A DNA stretch of 55,280 nt, from NCBI GenBank assembly GCA_018823705.1, contig JAHJHP010000009.1, forward strand, positions 1 to 55,280, written 5' to 3'. Numbering within the stretch: the stretch's first letter is position 1; the number at the start of each line of letters is the position of its first letter. Made by a program: the position numbers and the translations under genes. The notes under the pieces are model-generated. The model was given only the letters and a program-made list of their open reading frames with translations, made no database searches and was not told the DNA's origin. Positions 9,059-17,908 of this stretch are shown here, one piece after another. Source of the DNA: Candidatus Omnitrophota bacterium. GTDB lineage: Bacteria > Omnitrophota > Gorgyraeia > 2-01-FULL-45-10.

Positions 9059-10455
9059 CAGTTTGCCACTATCCAGCGCATAAAACGCCTCGCTAAAAAA
9101 CCGAAATGTTTTGCCGACTGTATCGACTTTAACTGGTACATTATAATATGCGGCCGTAAATAAAATTTAGCAAAGGCGAGGCGATGCAGGCTCTTCAGCT
9201 CTTTTCTCGTTATCCCCGTGGGCACGTAAGCGGCATTGGTAAAATAAAACCTCTCCCAGTCTACATCCTTAAGTTCACCGCTGGCAAGTAATTTCGCATA
9301 GCTTTCCGTTCCCGGAAAAGGCAGATACGTGAAGAAGTTGGCCCTCTTTAGCGGAAGCTCAGCGGCAAAGTCGATCGTCTGCCTGATAGATTCCGGCGTC
9401 TCTCCGGGAAAGCCCAGTATAAAGAAACCGGCTATATCTATACCCGCCCTATCGATCTTATTGACGCATTCCCTTATCCTGGCCACGGTGATGCCTTTTC
9501 TCATCTCACTCAACACTTCATCCGAGCCGGACTCGATCCCAAGCGAAATCATATAAAGCCCCGTCTCTTTCATCAGGCCCAGGAGCTCATCATCCAGCGT
9601 ATCCATCCTGACACCGTTTGGAACAGCCCATGTCATGCCGAGATTCAGGGCCTTCAGCTTCCGTAAGAAATCCTTTACGTACTCCTTGTCCATTGTAAAA
9701 TTGTCATCAATGATATGAAATTCTCTTATTCCGAAATCATTATTGAGCATCTTTAACTCGCCCAGCACATTATCGATAGACCTGCGCCGTATCTTCTTTC
9801 CGGAGACCAAACTGCCCGCGCAGAAAGTGCATGGGTAAGGACAGCCCCTCGTCACCATGATCGGCGCTATCGGAAACTGTTTAAAGAACGCGCCGTGCTG
9901 AGACTCCGGATACTCCTGAGGCTTGATAAGGTCCCAGGCCGCGAGCCCCAGGCCATCGAGGTCATCCTGTATGACATTCGGATTGATCTTTATTGTCTGG
10001 CCATCTCTGAATGCGAGTCCGGGGATGTCGGAAAAGTCTTTCACGTCGGTTTTGTTCGCGCCACGTTCAATCGCTTTGACAAGCCGTGGAAACCCTGTCT
10101 CCGCTTCGCCTACGAATAGAAAATCGAGATCCTTCTCCGCTTTAAGCGTCTCTTCCGGCAGAGCCGAGGAATGCGGCCCGCCGATGACGGTCACGATATC
10201 CTTATTGAAAGCTTTTGCCGCCTTGAGAGCCTGCCTTATAAAAGGAAGGTCGAATGTATAGCATTGCAGCCCGAGGATCTCCGGGTTATACTCTTTAAGG
10301 AGAGCCATAAATTTATCTATGGTGAGATCGTCCTTAATGCAATCGACCAGCCTGACCTCATGTTCCTTCCGGATAGCGCTAGCCAGATACCCAAGCCCTA
10401 TCGACGGCTGGATATGGTCGCTCATATTGAAAGGTTTGGCTAGCAGTACTTTCAT
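9058..10455 (-). CDS. Cobalamin-binding radical SAM protein (class B-like)
   Basis: N-terminal B12-binding-type domain (PSIGLGYLASA, GGPH, GEAE), RGCPYPCTFC, IIDDNF, GIESGS, GFPGET. Confidence 0.9.
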   Translation of the reverse strand: MKVLLAKPFNMSDHIQPSIGLGYLASAIRKEHEVRLVDCIKDDLTIDKFMALLKEYNPEILGLQCYTFDLPFIRQALKAAKAFNKDIVTVIGGPHSSALPEETLKAEKDLDFLFVGEAETGFPRLVKAIERGANKTDVKDFSDIPGLAFRDGQTIKINPNVIQDDLDGLGLAAWDLIKPQEYPESQHGAFFKQFPIAPIMVTRGCPYPCTFCAGSLVSGKKIRRRSIDNVLGELKMLNNDFGIREFHIIDDNFTMDKEYVKDFLRKLKALNLGMTWAVPNGVRMDTLDDELLGLMKETGLYMISLGIESGSDEVLSEMRKGITVARIRECVNKIDRAGIDIAGFFILGFPGETPESIRQTIDFAAELPLKRANFFTYLPFPGTESYAKLLASGELKDVDWERFYFTNAAYVPTGITRKELKSLHRLAFAKFYLRPHIIMYQLKSIQSAKHFGFLARRFMRWIVAN

Positions 10456-11153
10456 TAATCGATAAACCTGTATTTGAGGATCGTCCAGAGCGCGCCAAAA
10501 CCGTCTTTCCAGGATATCTTCTTCCCTTCGGCATAGCTCCTGCCATAGTAGGATATCGGTATCTCGTAGATCCTCAGGGATTTATCTTTCAGTATCTTCG
10601 CGGTAAGTTCAGGCTCGACAGAAAAATCTTTTGACCGTATGTTGATACGGGCGATGACTTCTTTACGGAACATCTTATAACAGGTCTCGATGTCGGATAG
10701 AGTAGAATTATACAGTAAGTTCATCGTGAATGTCAGCAGGGTATTTCCGGCCTTATGCCAGAACATATGCACGCGCTGCGGCTTACCTCCGGAGAGCCTC
10801 GAGCCGTAGACGACGTCAGCCATACCGTCCTCTATGGGCTTTGCCATCTCCATAAATTCATTCGGGTCATATTCGAGGTCCGCGTCCTGCACAGTGACTA
10901 TCTCACCCGTAGCAGCCTTGAAGCCGGTACTGAGCGCCGCGCCCTTGCCGCTATTCTTTTCATGGAGCAGAACTTTTACTCTGGGATCGAGCTTGGTGTT
11001 TTTCAGGATATCCTTCGTCCCATCAGTAGATCCGTCATCTACTACTATGAGCTCTTTCACCATCTCGAGCTTCAGGACCTTTTCTATTATCTTTAAGACT
11101 GTATTCTTCTCATTGTAGACAGGCATGACGACCGACAGGATACCTTTTCGCAT
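10455..11153 (-). CDS. GT2, DPM1-like polyprenol-phosphate sugar synthase
   Basis: VVMPVYNE, VDDGSTDGT, NSGKGAA, QDADLEYDP, VVYGSR, DIETCYK, EGKKISWKDG. Confidence 0.88.
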   Translation of the reverse strand: MRKGILSVVMPVYNEKNTVLKIIEKVLKLEMVKELIVVDDGSTDGTKDILKNTKLDPRVKVLLHEKNSGKGAALSTGFKAATGEIVTVQDADLEYDPNEFMEMAKPIEDGMADVVYGSRLSGGKPQRVHMFWHKAGNTLLTFTMNLLYNSTLSDIETCYKMFRKEVIARINIRSKDFSVEPELTAKILKDKSLRIYEIPISYYGRSYAEGKKISWKDGFGALWTILKYRFID

Positions 11154-11170
11154 AATTCACATCCTTTAGA

Positions 11171-12244
11171 TTAAAAAACTTTAGACTTCTCGGCCAAAAT
11201 CTTTAGCAGTCCTTCGCTATCCGGGTTAATGACAACATCCGCTCCATGGAGAGGCCTTGTCATCTTCAATAATTTACCGAAAAACTCGTTATCCGTCAAT
11301 AGCACTTCCAGCTTCTTTTTCTTCTTACGCTTAAAAATCTTGTAGATCGATGCGATGCCAAAGAGCGCAGGCCGGAGATCTACCCGCCTTATATCGAAAT
11401 GATCTATAACTACAGGCCAGTTCAATCCCTTCTTCATGAATACTATGATCTGGTGTCCATTCCTGGCCACGCTCGTAGCGATCTGGTCCACTTTGTTATC
11501 GAACTTTTGCGTATCTATAAAATATCCCACTCTCACATGCCTTCCCCACCGCTTGAAGAATATCTTCTCATTATCGCTGAAGAGGTCCTGGTTATTCTCC
11601 AGCGCCTTGAAACTTACGTTCTCCTTGTGATATACGTACGCCGCCTTGGCGCGGGCCGTCTTATATCCGAGCTTCTGGGCTCTCTTGCAGTAATCCGTAT
11701 CGTCAAAATATCCCACGTGGTAGATCTCGTCCAATAGCCCGACGCGCTTGATCACGTCTCTCGTCAGTACCATGCAGAATCCCCGGCATGTGTAGAGCTC
11801 CTGGATCTGCCGTTTGAGCGGTTTCAGAGTAAGAGCGTAATCTTCTATCGACTTATCTTCGGGATACTGCCCGGAGGTATTGCTCGATGGGTTCAATAAC
11901 CCTATGGACGGGTTCGCCTCCATGACGTCTATCATCTCCTCGAGCCAGCCCGCGGCGGCTATGGTATCGTTATTCATGATACAGAGATACGGCGCATCGG
12001 ATACGACGAGGCCCTGATTCACGGCCTTCACGAATCCGAGGTTCCTATCGTTACGTATCAATAGGAAATCCAGGTCCTTATTATCTTTAAGGCCGGCCAG
12101 ATAATCTCGTGCGGGAGCATCGCTCCCGTTATCGATCACTATGAGCCTGTAAGGATACCCCGTATTCTTCACTATGGACTCGACGCATTCACGCGTTACT
12201 TCAGGCTGATTCCAGACAGGGATGATTATATCGCACTTACTCAT
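11171..12244 (-). CDS. GT2 glycosyltransferase with unknown C-terminal domain (paralog 1 of 4)
   Basis: CDIIIPVWNQ, IDNGS, NLGFVKAVNQG, MNNDT, GFC, GYFDDTDY; FKRWG junction followed by about 115 aa. Confidence 0.88.
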   Translation of the reverse strand: MSKCDIIIPVWNQPEVTRECVESIVKNTGYPYRLIVIDNGSDAPARDYLAGLKDNKDLDFLLIRNDRNLGFVKAVNQGLVVSDAPYLCIMNNDTIAAAGWLEEMIDVMEANPSIGLLNPSSNTSGQYPEDKSIEDYALTLKPLKRQIQELYTCRGFCMVLTRDVIKRVGLLDEIYHVGYFDDTDYCKRAQKLGYKTARAKAAYVYHKENVSFKALENNQDLFSDNEKIFFKRWGRHVRVGYFIDTQKFDNKVDQIATSVARNGHQIIVFMKKGLNWPVVIDHFDIRRVDLRPALFGIASIYKIFKRKKKKKLEVLLTDNEFFGKLLKMTRPLHGADVVINPDSEGLLKILAEKSKVF

Positions 12245-13004
12245 CTTTTTTTACCAGCTCCCAATATTTTGCCCATTTAAAGAAATTGATGGACGCGAAT
12301 AGGACTCCGAAGATAAGCCCGTAGGCTCCGTCTTTATATCCCTGTTTCTTCACATATGACTTCCAGAATACTTTGAACGTTCTTTTTATCAGCCCTTTTC
12401 TGATCTCACGTTCGCTCAAAACTCCATCGGTATCGAGCATCTTCTTTGCGGCGATCCCAGCGTATCTATTCTGTCTCTCTATAAATTGATTTATCGAATC
12501 GAACGGATAGTGGTCTATATCCGCGTCGATCATGCCGATGTTACCTTTGTAAACCGGCATCTCGTGGACATCGCCTTCATACTTTACATGCTTTTTATTT
12601 ACCAGATTGGGTATATAGTGGTGGAATCCTCCGTGATCCATAGAATGGCCCAGGAAGAAGTTCCTTCTCCTGAATTTATAGATGACCGCGGCCCCATCCG
12701 TGGCGAGCATGGCGGCAAGCTTATCCCTAAAACCTTCTGTTACGACGTCATCGGCATCAATATGCAGGACCCAGTCATATTTGGCGTTTTCGTTGCCTAC
12801 ATTCCGTTCATCGGCAAAAGACCCGCTGAATTTATGCTCTATGACTCGCGCGCCCCTGGACTTCGCTATCTCGGCCGTTTTGTCAGTACTGAATCCGTCG
12901 ACCAAGACTACATCATCCGCCCAGGTGATACTTTCAAGGCACCTGGCTATGCGCTTTTCTTCGTTCTTTGTGATGATCGCTACTGTGACTTTAATCTTTT
13001 CCAT
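12237..13004 (-). CDS. GT2, KdtX/WaaE-like LPS core glycosyltransferase
   Basis: IITKNEE, VDGFSTDKT, HIDADD, GDVHE, GYKDG. Start moved to the ATG at 13004 (MEKIKVTV) by comparison with the adjacent paralog. Confidence 0.85.
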   Translation of the reverse strand: MEKIKVTVAIITKNEEKRIARCLESITWADDVVLVDGFSTDKTAEIAKSRGARVIEHKFSGSFADERNVGNENAKYDWVLHIDADDVVTEGFRDKLAAMLATDGAAVIYKFRRRNFFLGHSMDHGGFHHYIPNLVNKKHVKYEGDVHEMPVYKGNIGMIDADIDHYPFDSINQFIERQNRYAGIAAKKMLDTDGVLSEREIRKGLIKRTFKVFWKSYVKKQGYKDGAYGLIFGVLFASINFFKWAKYWELVKKDE

Positions 13005-13809
13005 GCCCGCACTCGCACCCGCATTTTTCTTTTTTAGGTTCCGCCGTAAGCTCAGCATTGTATAGCATCTCTTTATATTTAACAAAGCTCATAAGCTGGT
13101 AGAGCCCCCCTGCCCATGAGATCGTAAATCCGAGAAGCCCGTCTTTAAATCCGCCCTTCTGGACATACCCTTTCAGGAATCTGCTGCACGCTTTTCGATA
13201 CATCTTTATGAAATTCACATTGCGGCGCTCTTTAAACCATTTTTTCGCCTCGAGCGTCGTCTGGTTATTTATGCTGACGAAGAAATCATGGAAATCCCTG
13301 TATGAATAGTGAATGATATCTTTCTTGAGATGTCCGCATGACCCATCGATAAATATCCTCGGATGGACCTCGGCTTCTTCATATTTGAACGCATCTTTAT
13401 CAAATAGGCGCACCTTTGGGGCAGGATACCAGCCGCTATGCCGTATCCACCTTTTACCGATAAAACTCTTGATGGGGATCGTATAGTGATTATCCTTCAT
13501 CTCGGTCTTTAGCAGGATCGTGATCTCTTCAGCGAGTTCCGGGGTGACACGCTCATCTGCGTCAAGAGAAAGGACCCACTTATTCTTTGCCAGGCTATAT
13601 GCGTAATTACGATGCCTGCCTTCATTGTCCATCTTTCTCGAGAAGACCTTACCGGTATGCTGCTTAGCGATGTTGACTGTATTATCTGTACTGGCATCGT
13701 CGAGCACAACTATCTCGTCTGCCCATGCGGCACTCCGCAGGCAGTCCGCTATATTATTTTCCTCGTTCTTCGTAATGACAACTATGGAAACAGGCGCTTT
13801 ATCGGACAT
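12991..13809 (-). CDS. GT2, KdtX/WaaE-like LPS core glycosyltransferase
   Basis: VITKNEE, LDDASTDNT, SLDADERVT, GWYP, VHP, GFKDGLLG. Confidence 0.88.
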   Translation of the reverse strand: MSDKAPVSIVVITKNEENNIADCLRSAAWADEIVVLDDASTDNTVNIAKQHTGKVFSRKMDNEGRHRNYAYSLAKNKWVLSLDADERVTPELAEEITILLKTEMKDNHYTIPIKSFIGKRWIRHSGWYPAPKVRLFDKDAFKYEEAEVHPRIFIDGSCGHLKKDIIHYSYRDFHDFFVSINNQTTLEAKKWFKERRNVNFIKMYRKACSRFLKGYVQKGGFKDGLLGFTISWAGGLYQLMSFVKYKEMLYNAELTAEPKKEKCGCECGHGKD

Positions 13810-13810
13810 C

Positions 13811-14833
13811 TTAATAGTACCTCACTTTCGCTTTATGGATAAATGAAAGAGCCTCTAGTGATCTCTTGAACTTCTCTCCTCCTACAAATATTTCGCTGAA
13901 ACGTTTCTTCTTTGTCAATACCCTGAATGTCGTATTTAAATAGAAATTGCCCTTATCTGAAGCCACCGTTATTATATTCGAATGAATAGGGATTTGCTCA
14001 CCATTTTTTGTAAAGAACCATATCCAGTTACCTCCTCTGGCAAGCTTCAGGGAATCGGCTTCGAGCCTCTTCAGGATATTGGCGTCATACAGGTCGAGAA
14101 TATAGGCGATCCTCCCGGGTTTGCCCCACCTGAATTCGAATATCTCCTTATTCCTTTTAAAGTCGTTATCAAATGTCCTGACTTTGCTGAACGATGAATT
14201 TTCCCTGTGATAAACATACGCGCCGCATGCCCTGACGCACTTATAGCCTTCCTTTACCGCTTTACGCGAAAAGTCCGTGTCCTCGAAATTACCCATCCCA
14301 TACACTTCATCAAATAGCCCTACTTTGCTTATCAGGTCCCTTTTGATGAGCATGCAGAACCCTATTGCGGCGCCAAGCTCGACAGATTGTCCGGAATTCT
14401 GCCTGATCTTTTCGGCGTACAGAGCTACCGGCTCGCCATCTGCCGGCTTCTGGCCCAGGTTGTTGCTCGATGGATTGACAATCCCTATGTCGGTGGAGCT
14501 ATTGGCTACAGCTATCATCTCTTCGAGCCAGCCCTTTGTGACCAGGGTGTCATTATTTAAAAGGCATAGAAGCGGCGCATCCGAGGCGCTCAGTCCCTGG
14601 TTAACAGCCTTAACGAAACCTTTGTTCTCTTCGTTTCGTATTAATTTTATAGGCAGAGCGGCGGACGCTTTTAGCGTTTCGAGATACTTTTTAGTCTCAT
14701 CATCGCTTGCGTTATCTATTACTATGATCCCGTATTTGCCGGACGTATTCTTCTTTATCGAGTCGATACAGTCTTTTGTGAAAGCCGGCTGATTCCAGAC
14801 CGGTATTATTATATCGCACTTCATATAGTCCAT
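13811..14833 (-). CDS. GT2 glycosyltransferase with unknown C-terminal domain (paralog 2 of 4)
   Basis: CDIIIPVWNQ, IDNAS, GFVKAVNQG, LNNDT, GNFEDTDF, FRWGK junction. The start may be the ATG at 14824. Confidence 0.88.
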   Translation of the reverse strand: MDYMKCDIIIPVWNQPAFTKDCIDSIKKNTSGKYGIIVIDNASDDETKKYLETLKASAALPIKLIRNEENKGFVKAVNQGLSASDAPLLCLLNNDTLVTKGWLEEMIAVANSSTDIGIVNPSSNNLGQKPADGEPVALYAEKIRQNSGQSVELGAAIGFCMLIKRDLISKVGLFDEVYGMGNFEDTDFSRKAVKEGYKCVRACGAYVYHRENSSFSKVRTFDNDFKRNKEIFEFRWGKPGRIAYILDLYDANILKRLEADSLKLARGGNWIWFFTKNGEQIPIHSNIITVASDKGNFYLNTTFRVLTKKKRFSEIFVGGEKFKRSLEALSFIHKAKVRYY

Positions 14834-14940
14834 ATTATAGTTTAGTTATAGCTAAATTGCATGATGTTTTTTTGCCATTTTTGATCATATCCGGAAGGTA
14901 ACTTTATCGGTGGGTAGCGCTATTTATTATCTTCTAAAAC

Positions 14941-15243
14941 TTACACATTGGCCAGAAATTGTTTAACCTGGTTATGGTTCCCGACTAGCATTGCTATGCA
15001 CTTTTCATCCTCTCGCCTTATAATCACTCGAATAGTTCCTTCAACGCCGGCTTCATGATAGGGCTTTCTTAGCTGTTTATAAAAAAATCGTGGGGAGATT
15101 TTTTGCGCTTCATATAGATCGCACCCACTAGAATAATAAACAGTTAAAGACTCAAGTATCAGCCCTACTATTTTTTTCTGTTCATACCCAAGGCGCTCGA
15201 GGCTTCTGTTAAAAGAAGGCCTGTAATAAAGATACAGGGGCAT
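14941..15243 (-). CDS. Putative RelE/ParE-superfamily toxin
   Basis: 100 aa, 3 bp downstream of an AbrB-type gene. The pattern YYRPSFNRSLERL...KQLRKPYHEAGV..IRVI...VGNHNQVKQFL resembles RelE-like folds. Confidence 0.55.
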   Translation of the reverse strand: MPLYLYYRPSFNRSLERLGYEQKKIVGLILESLTVYYSSGCDLYEAQKISPRFFYKQLRKPYHEAGVEGTIRVIIRREDEKCIAMLVGNHNQVKQFLANV

Positions 15244-15246
15244 TGG

Positions 15247-15504
15247 TTATGATTTCCCATTTTTTAAATTACCTATAAACTTTTTTGTCGCGCGCTTTTC
15301 TTTCCCAGCTTCCTTGGCGGCGAGGGTCTCTAATTTAGCATATTCCTCATCTGTAAAATGTCTCTCTTTTGTCTCTAGCGGAATAAGCTCTATTCCGTCC
15401 TTAGAAAACTCTACTTCAAACATAGACCCGCTTCTTAAGCCTAAAGCATCTGTGACCTTCTTAGGTATGGTTATTTGATTCTTAGCTGTCATCGTGATTG
15501 TCAT
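15247..15504 (-). CDS. AbrB/MazE/SpoVT-family DNA-binding protein (putative antitoxin)
   Basis: MTAKNQITIPKKVTDALGLRSGSMFEV...IELIP. Start placed at ATG 15504, after SD GGAGGTG and downstream of the promoter. Confidence 0.85.
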   Translation of the reverse strand: MTITMTAKNQITIPKKVTDALGLRSGSMFEVEFSKDGIELIPLETKERHFTDEEYAKLETLAAKEAGKEKRATKKFIGNLKNGKS

Positions 15505-15524
15505 CTTTCTCACCTCCCGCATGA

Positions 15525-15553
15525 AGTATACCACAAAGTAAGGAAATCGTCAA
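15525..15553 (-). promoter_or_regulatory. Sigma70-type promoter of the AbrB/toxin pair
   Basis: TTGACG (15553-15548), 17 bp, TATACT (15530-15525), with extended TGn. Confidence 0.75.
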
Positions 15554-15672
15554 GGACGAAAGTCTGAATTACGGATATGCGCATCAATCAACCGTAGAGC
15601 ACATTATCATTTCTTTATTTAATCAAAAATGATTAATTACAGAAATAGGGGTGCTCTAAGCGTCTAATCCTG

Positions 15673-16731
15673 TCAACAGGCTTTGGTCTTAGCCGTGGAA
15701 TCGACTATCTGAGATATCTTATCAGCATCCCGATCGACGTCAACGCAATGGACTGCCGGGTGTTTTTTGGATAATTTTGAGCCGAGGCGGGGATCGTCAA
15801 CGAAGACCAGGTCATAACGCTTAACCGCTTTCTTCCCCGCGTTAAAATATAAGGTCAGAGCGAATATCGCCGATGAAAAGATCCCGGGGACACTTCTCTC
15901 CCTTATGTTGGTATGTTTTATACCTAGAGGTTTCGTCAAATTCCACAGATAGACTATGTGCTGCCTTCTGGCGAGAAGCAGCAGTGCGCGCTTAAGGCTC
16001 TCACGATTCGAGTCCTTAGTCACGATGAATACGATCTTCAGCCTCCTGCCCCACTTCTCGTAAAATAGCTGCTTATTCTTCTCGTGCAGAGTTTTTCTTT
16101 CATTATCCTCGAATATAGCAGAAAAAGTCGTATCCTTCAGGTGTTCAACCACAACATCGTTAGCTCGCACGCATATGAAGCCGGCGCGCATAGCCCTGAC
16201 CGAGAGATCGTCATCGTCATAATATCCGAGGCCATAGGCCTCATCCAGCCCTCCCACCTTTATTATAACAGTCCTCTTTATCAGGACACAGTAACCCCGG
16301 CAAAAATCGATCTCGATATACGGTTCACCTGGTTCACCTTTTGCCGTACCGGGATTGGAATCAAAACACGGGTTCACAAGACCGATATCACCTGCTGTCT
16401 CGACAACAGCTATCATTTTAGCAAGCCATCCGGACGTCTTTACGACCGTATCGTTATTCATTATACAGACGTAGGGGCTTGATGACAGCCCTATGCCCTG
16501 ATTAACGGCCTTGACCCATCCGAGGTTCGTTTTGTTACTAATAAGCGCGACATTATTATTGGAACGCGCGAAGTTTTGGAGGAATATTCTCGTCTCATCG
16601 GCGCTCGCGTTATCTATCAGTATAAAACGATAGGGCGTATCAGACTTTGCGGCTATGCTGTCGATACAATTCTTAGTCAGGATAGTTTCGTTATAAACAG
16701 GTATTATGATATCGACGTAATTATCTTCCAT
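15673..16731 (-). CDS. GT2 glycosyltransferase with unknown C-terminal domain (paralog 3 of 4)
   Basis: VDIIIPVYNE, IDNAS, NLGWVKAVNQG, MNNDT, GYYDDDDL, EKWGRRLKI junction. Confidence 0.88.
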   Translation of the reverse strand: MEDNYVDIIIPVYNETILTKNCIDSIAAKSDTPYRFILIDNASADETRIFLQNFARSNNNVALISNKTNLGWVKAVNQGIGLSSSPYVCIMNNDTVVKTSGWLAKMIAVVETAGDIGLVNPCFDSNPGTAKGEPGEPYIEIDFCRGYCVLIKRTVIIKVGGLDEAYGLGYYDDDDLSVRAMRAGFICVRANDVVVEHLKDTTFSAIFEDNERKTLHEKNKQLFYEKWGRRLKIVFIVTKDSNRESLKRALLLLARRQHIVYLWNLTKPLGIKHTNIRERSVPGIFSSAIFALTLYFNAGKKAVKRYDLVFVDDPRLGSKLSKKHPAVHCVDVDRDADKISQIVDSTAKTKAC

Positions 16732-17908
16732 CGCGGGCCTCTTTTATTCCTATAGCGGCAATGCGGCCTCTCTCAAACCAGTCGTAAGGCACCTTTAAAG
16801 GTGCCTTACAGATGCTGCCTGCCTTCGGCGAGGCGATCTTCATCACGCATGACTTGAGCAGTTTTGTAGTCATTTCCGTAAGGTGTCCGGCGTAACCATC
16901 GAAAAATACGATCGCGTCAAAGCGCTTGTCTCTCATTCTTTTGCGCATCCTCTCGACCAGCTTTCCGGATATGGTAAGGTCAAAGAGGAGCCGGGGGAGA
17001 TTGAAATAGTCTATCCTGATATTCTGGTGCGGCGCCAGGTTTTTTGCCCTCACAGCGTCATCTATCGAGCTTCTTATCGCGTCTTTGCCTAAAGCGGAGT
17101 TGATCCATATATGTACCCATGACCACTCCCTGGCGAGACCATAGATATACTCCGCAAGCCTGGCTATCTTAAGCGCATCGAGAGTATCGAGCGAAAATAG
17201 CACGCCTATACGCAAGTGCTTCCCCCACTTCTTGTAGTATATATCGCGATTTCTTTTTACCACCTCTTCGCGGTTGCCCGCCTCATCAAAGGAGCCATGG
17301 ATACGGTGATAAACGTAAGAATCTCTGATAGAGACGGATCTGTATCCCGCTTTATGAGCTCTTATCGAATAGTCCGTGTCATCGTAACCGCCTACACCAT
17401 AGGATTCATCCAGGACGCCTATCTTGTCTATCAGTTCTCTCTTTACGAGCATACAGAAGCCCTGGCACTGGTTCATCTCCATATACTCACCCTTATAGCG
17501 CTCGAGCGTCGCGGCATGAGGGTCGACCGAAGCACCGTCGTGGCCGCCGCATTGAGGATTTATAAGACCGACGTCAGTATGGCTCTCGGCAAACTCCACC
17601 ATGCGTTCAAGCCAGCCCGGCGCGGGAAGAGTATCGTTATTCATCATACACACATACGAGGCATCCGAGACCTTAAAGCCCTGATTGATCGCCTTGATAT
17701 ATCCTGCGTTATGCTCGTTCCTTATGAGCGTCGCCTTATCCGGATTATCCGAAGCAAATTTACCAAGATATTCTCTCGTATCCTTATCGCTCGCGTTATC
17801 GACCAGAATGAGCCTGTAGGGATAGCGCGTATTCTTCACTATATGCTCCAGACAATCTTTGGTGAAAGCAAGCTGGTTCCAGATGGGAATGATTATGTCG
17901 CACTTCAT
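16721..17908 (-). CDS. GT2 glycosyltransferase with unknown C-terminal domain (paralog 4 of 4)
   Basis: CDIIIPIWNQ, VDNAS, GYIKAINQG, MNNDT, GGYDDTDY, KKWGKHLRI junction. Confidence 0.88.
   Translation of the reverse strand: MKCDIIIPIWNQLAFTKDCLEHIVKNTRYPYRLILVDNASDKDTREYLGKFASDNPDKATLIRNEHNAGYIKAINQGFKVSDASYVCMMNNDTLPAPGWLERMVEFAESHTDVGLINPQCGGHDGASVDPHAATLERYKGEYMEMNQCQGFCMLVKRELIDKIGVLDESYGVGGYDDTDYSIRAHKAGYRSVSIRDSYVYHRIHGSFDEAGNREEVVKRNRDIYYKKWGKHLRIGVLFSLDTLDALKIARLAEYIYGLAREWSWVHIWINSALGKDAIRSSIDDAVRAKNLAPHQNIRIDYFNLPRLLFDLTISGKLVERMRKRMRDKRFDAIVFFDGYAGHLTEMTTKLLKSCVMKIASPKAGSICKAPLKVPYDWFERGRIAAIGIKEARDGR
16784..16834. repeat. Perfect 26-bp palindrome plus a GAA-loop hairpin inside the 3' end of a GT2 gene
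   Basis: GTAAGGCACCTTTAAAGGTGCCTTAC (16784-16809) is self-complementary. GCCTGCCTTCGGCGAGGC lies at 16817-16834. Together they encode ASPKAGSICKAPLKVPY. Confidence 0.75.
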
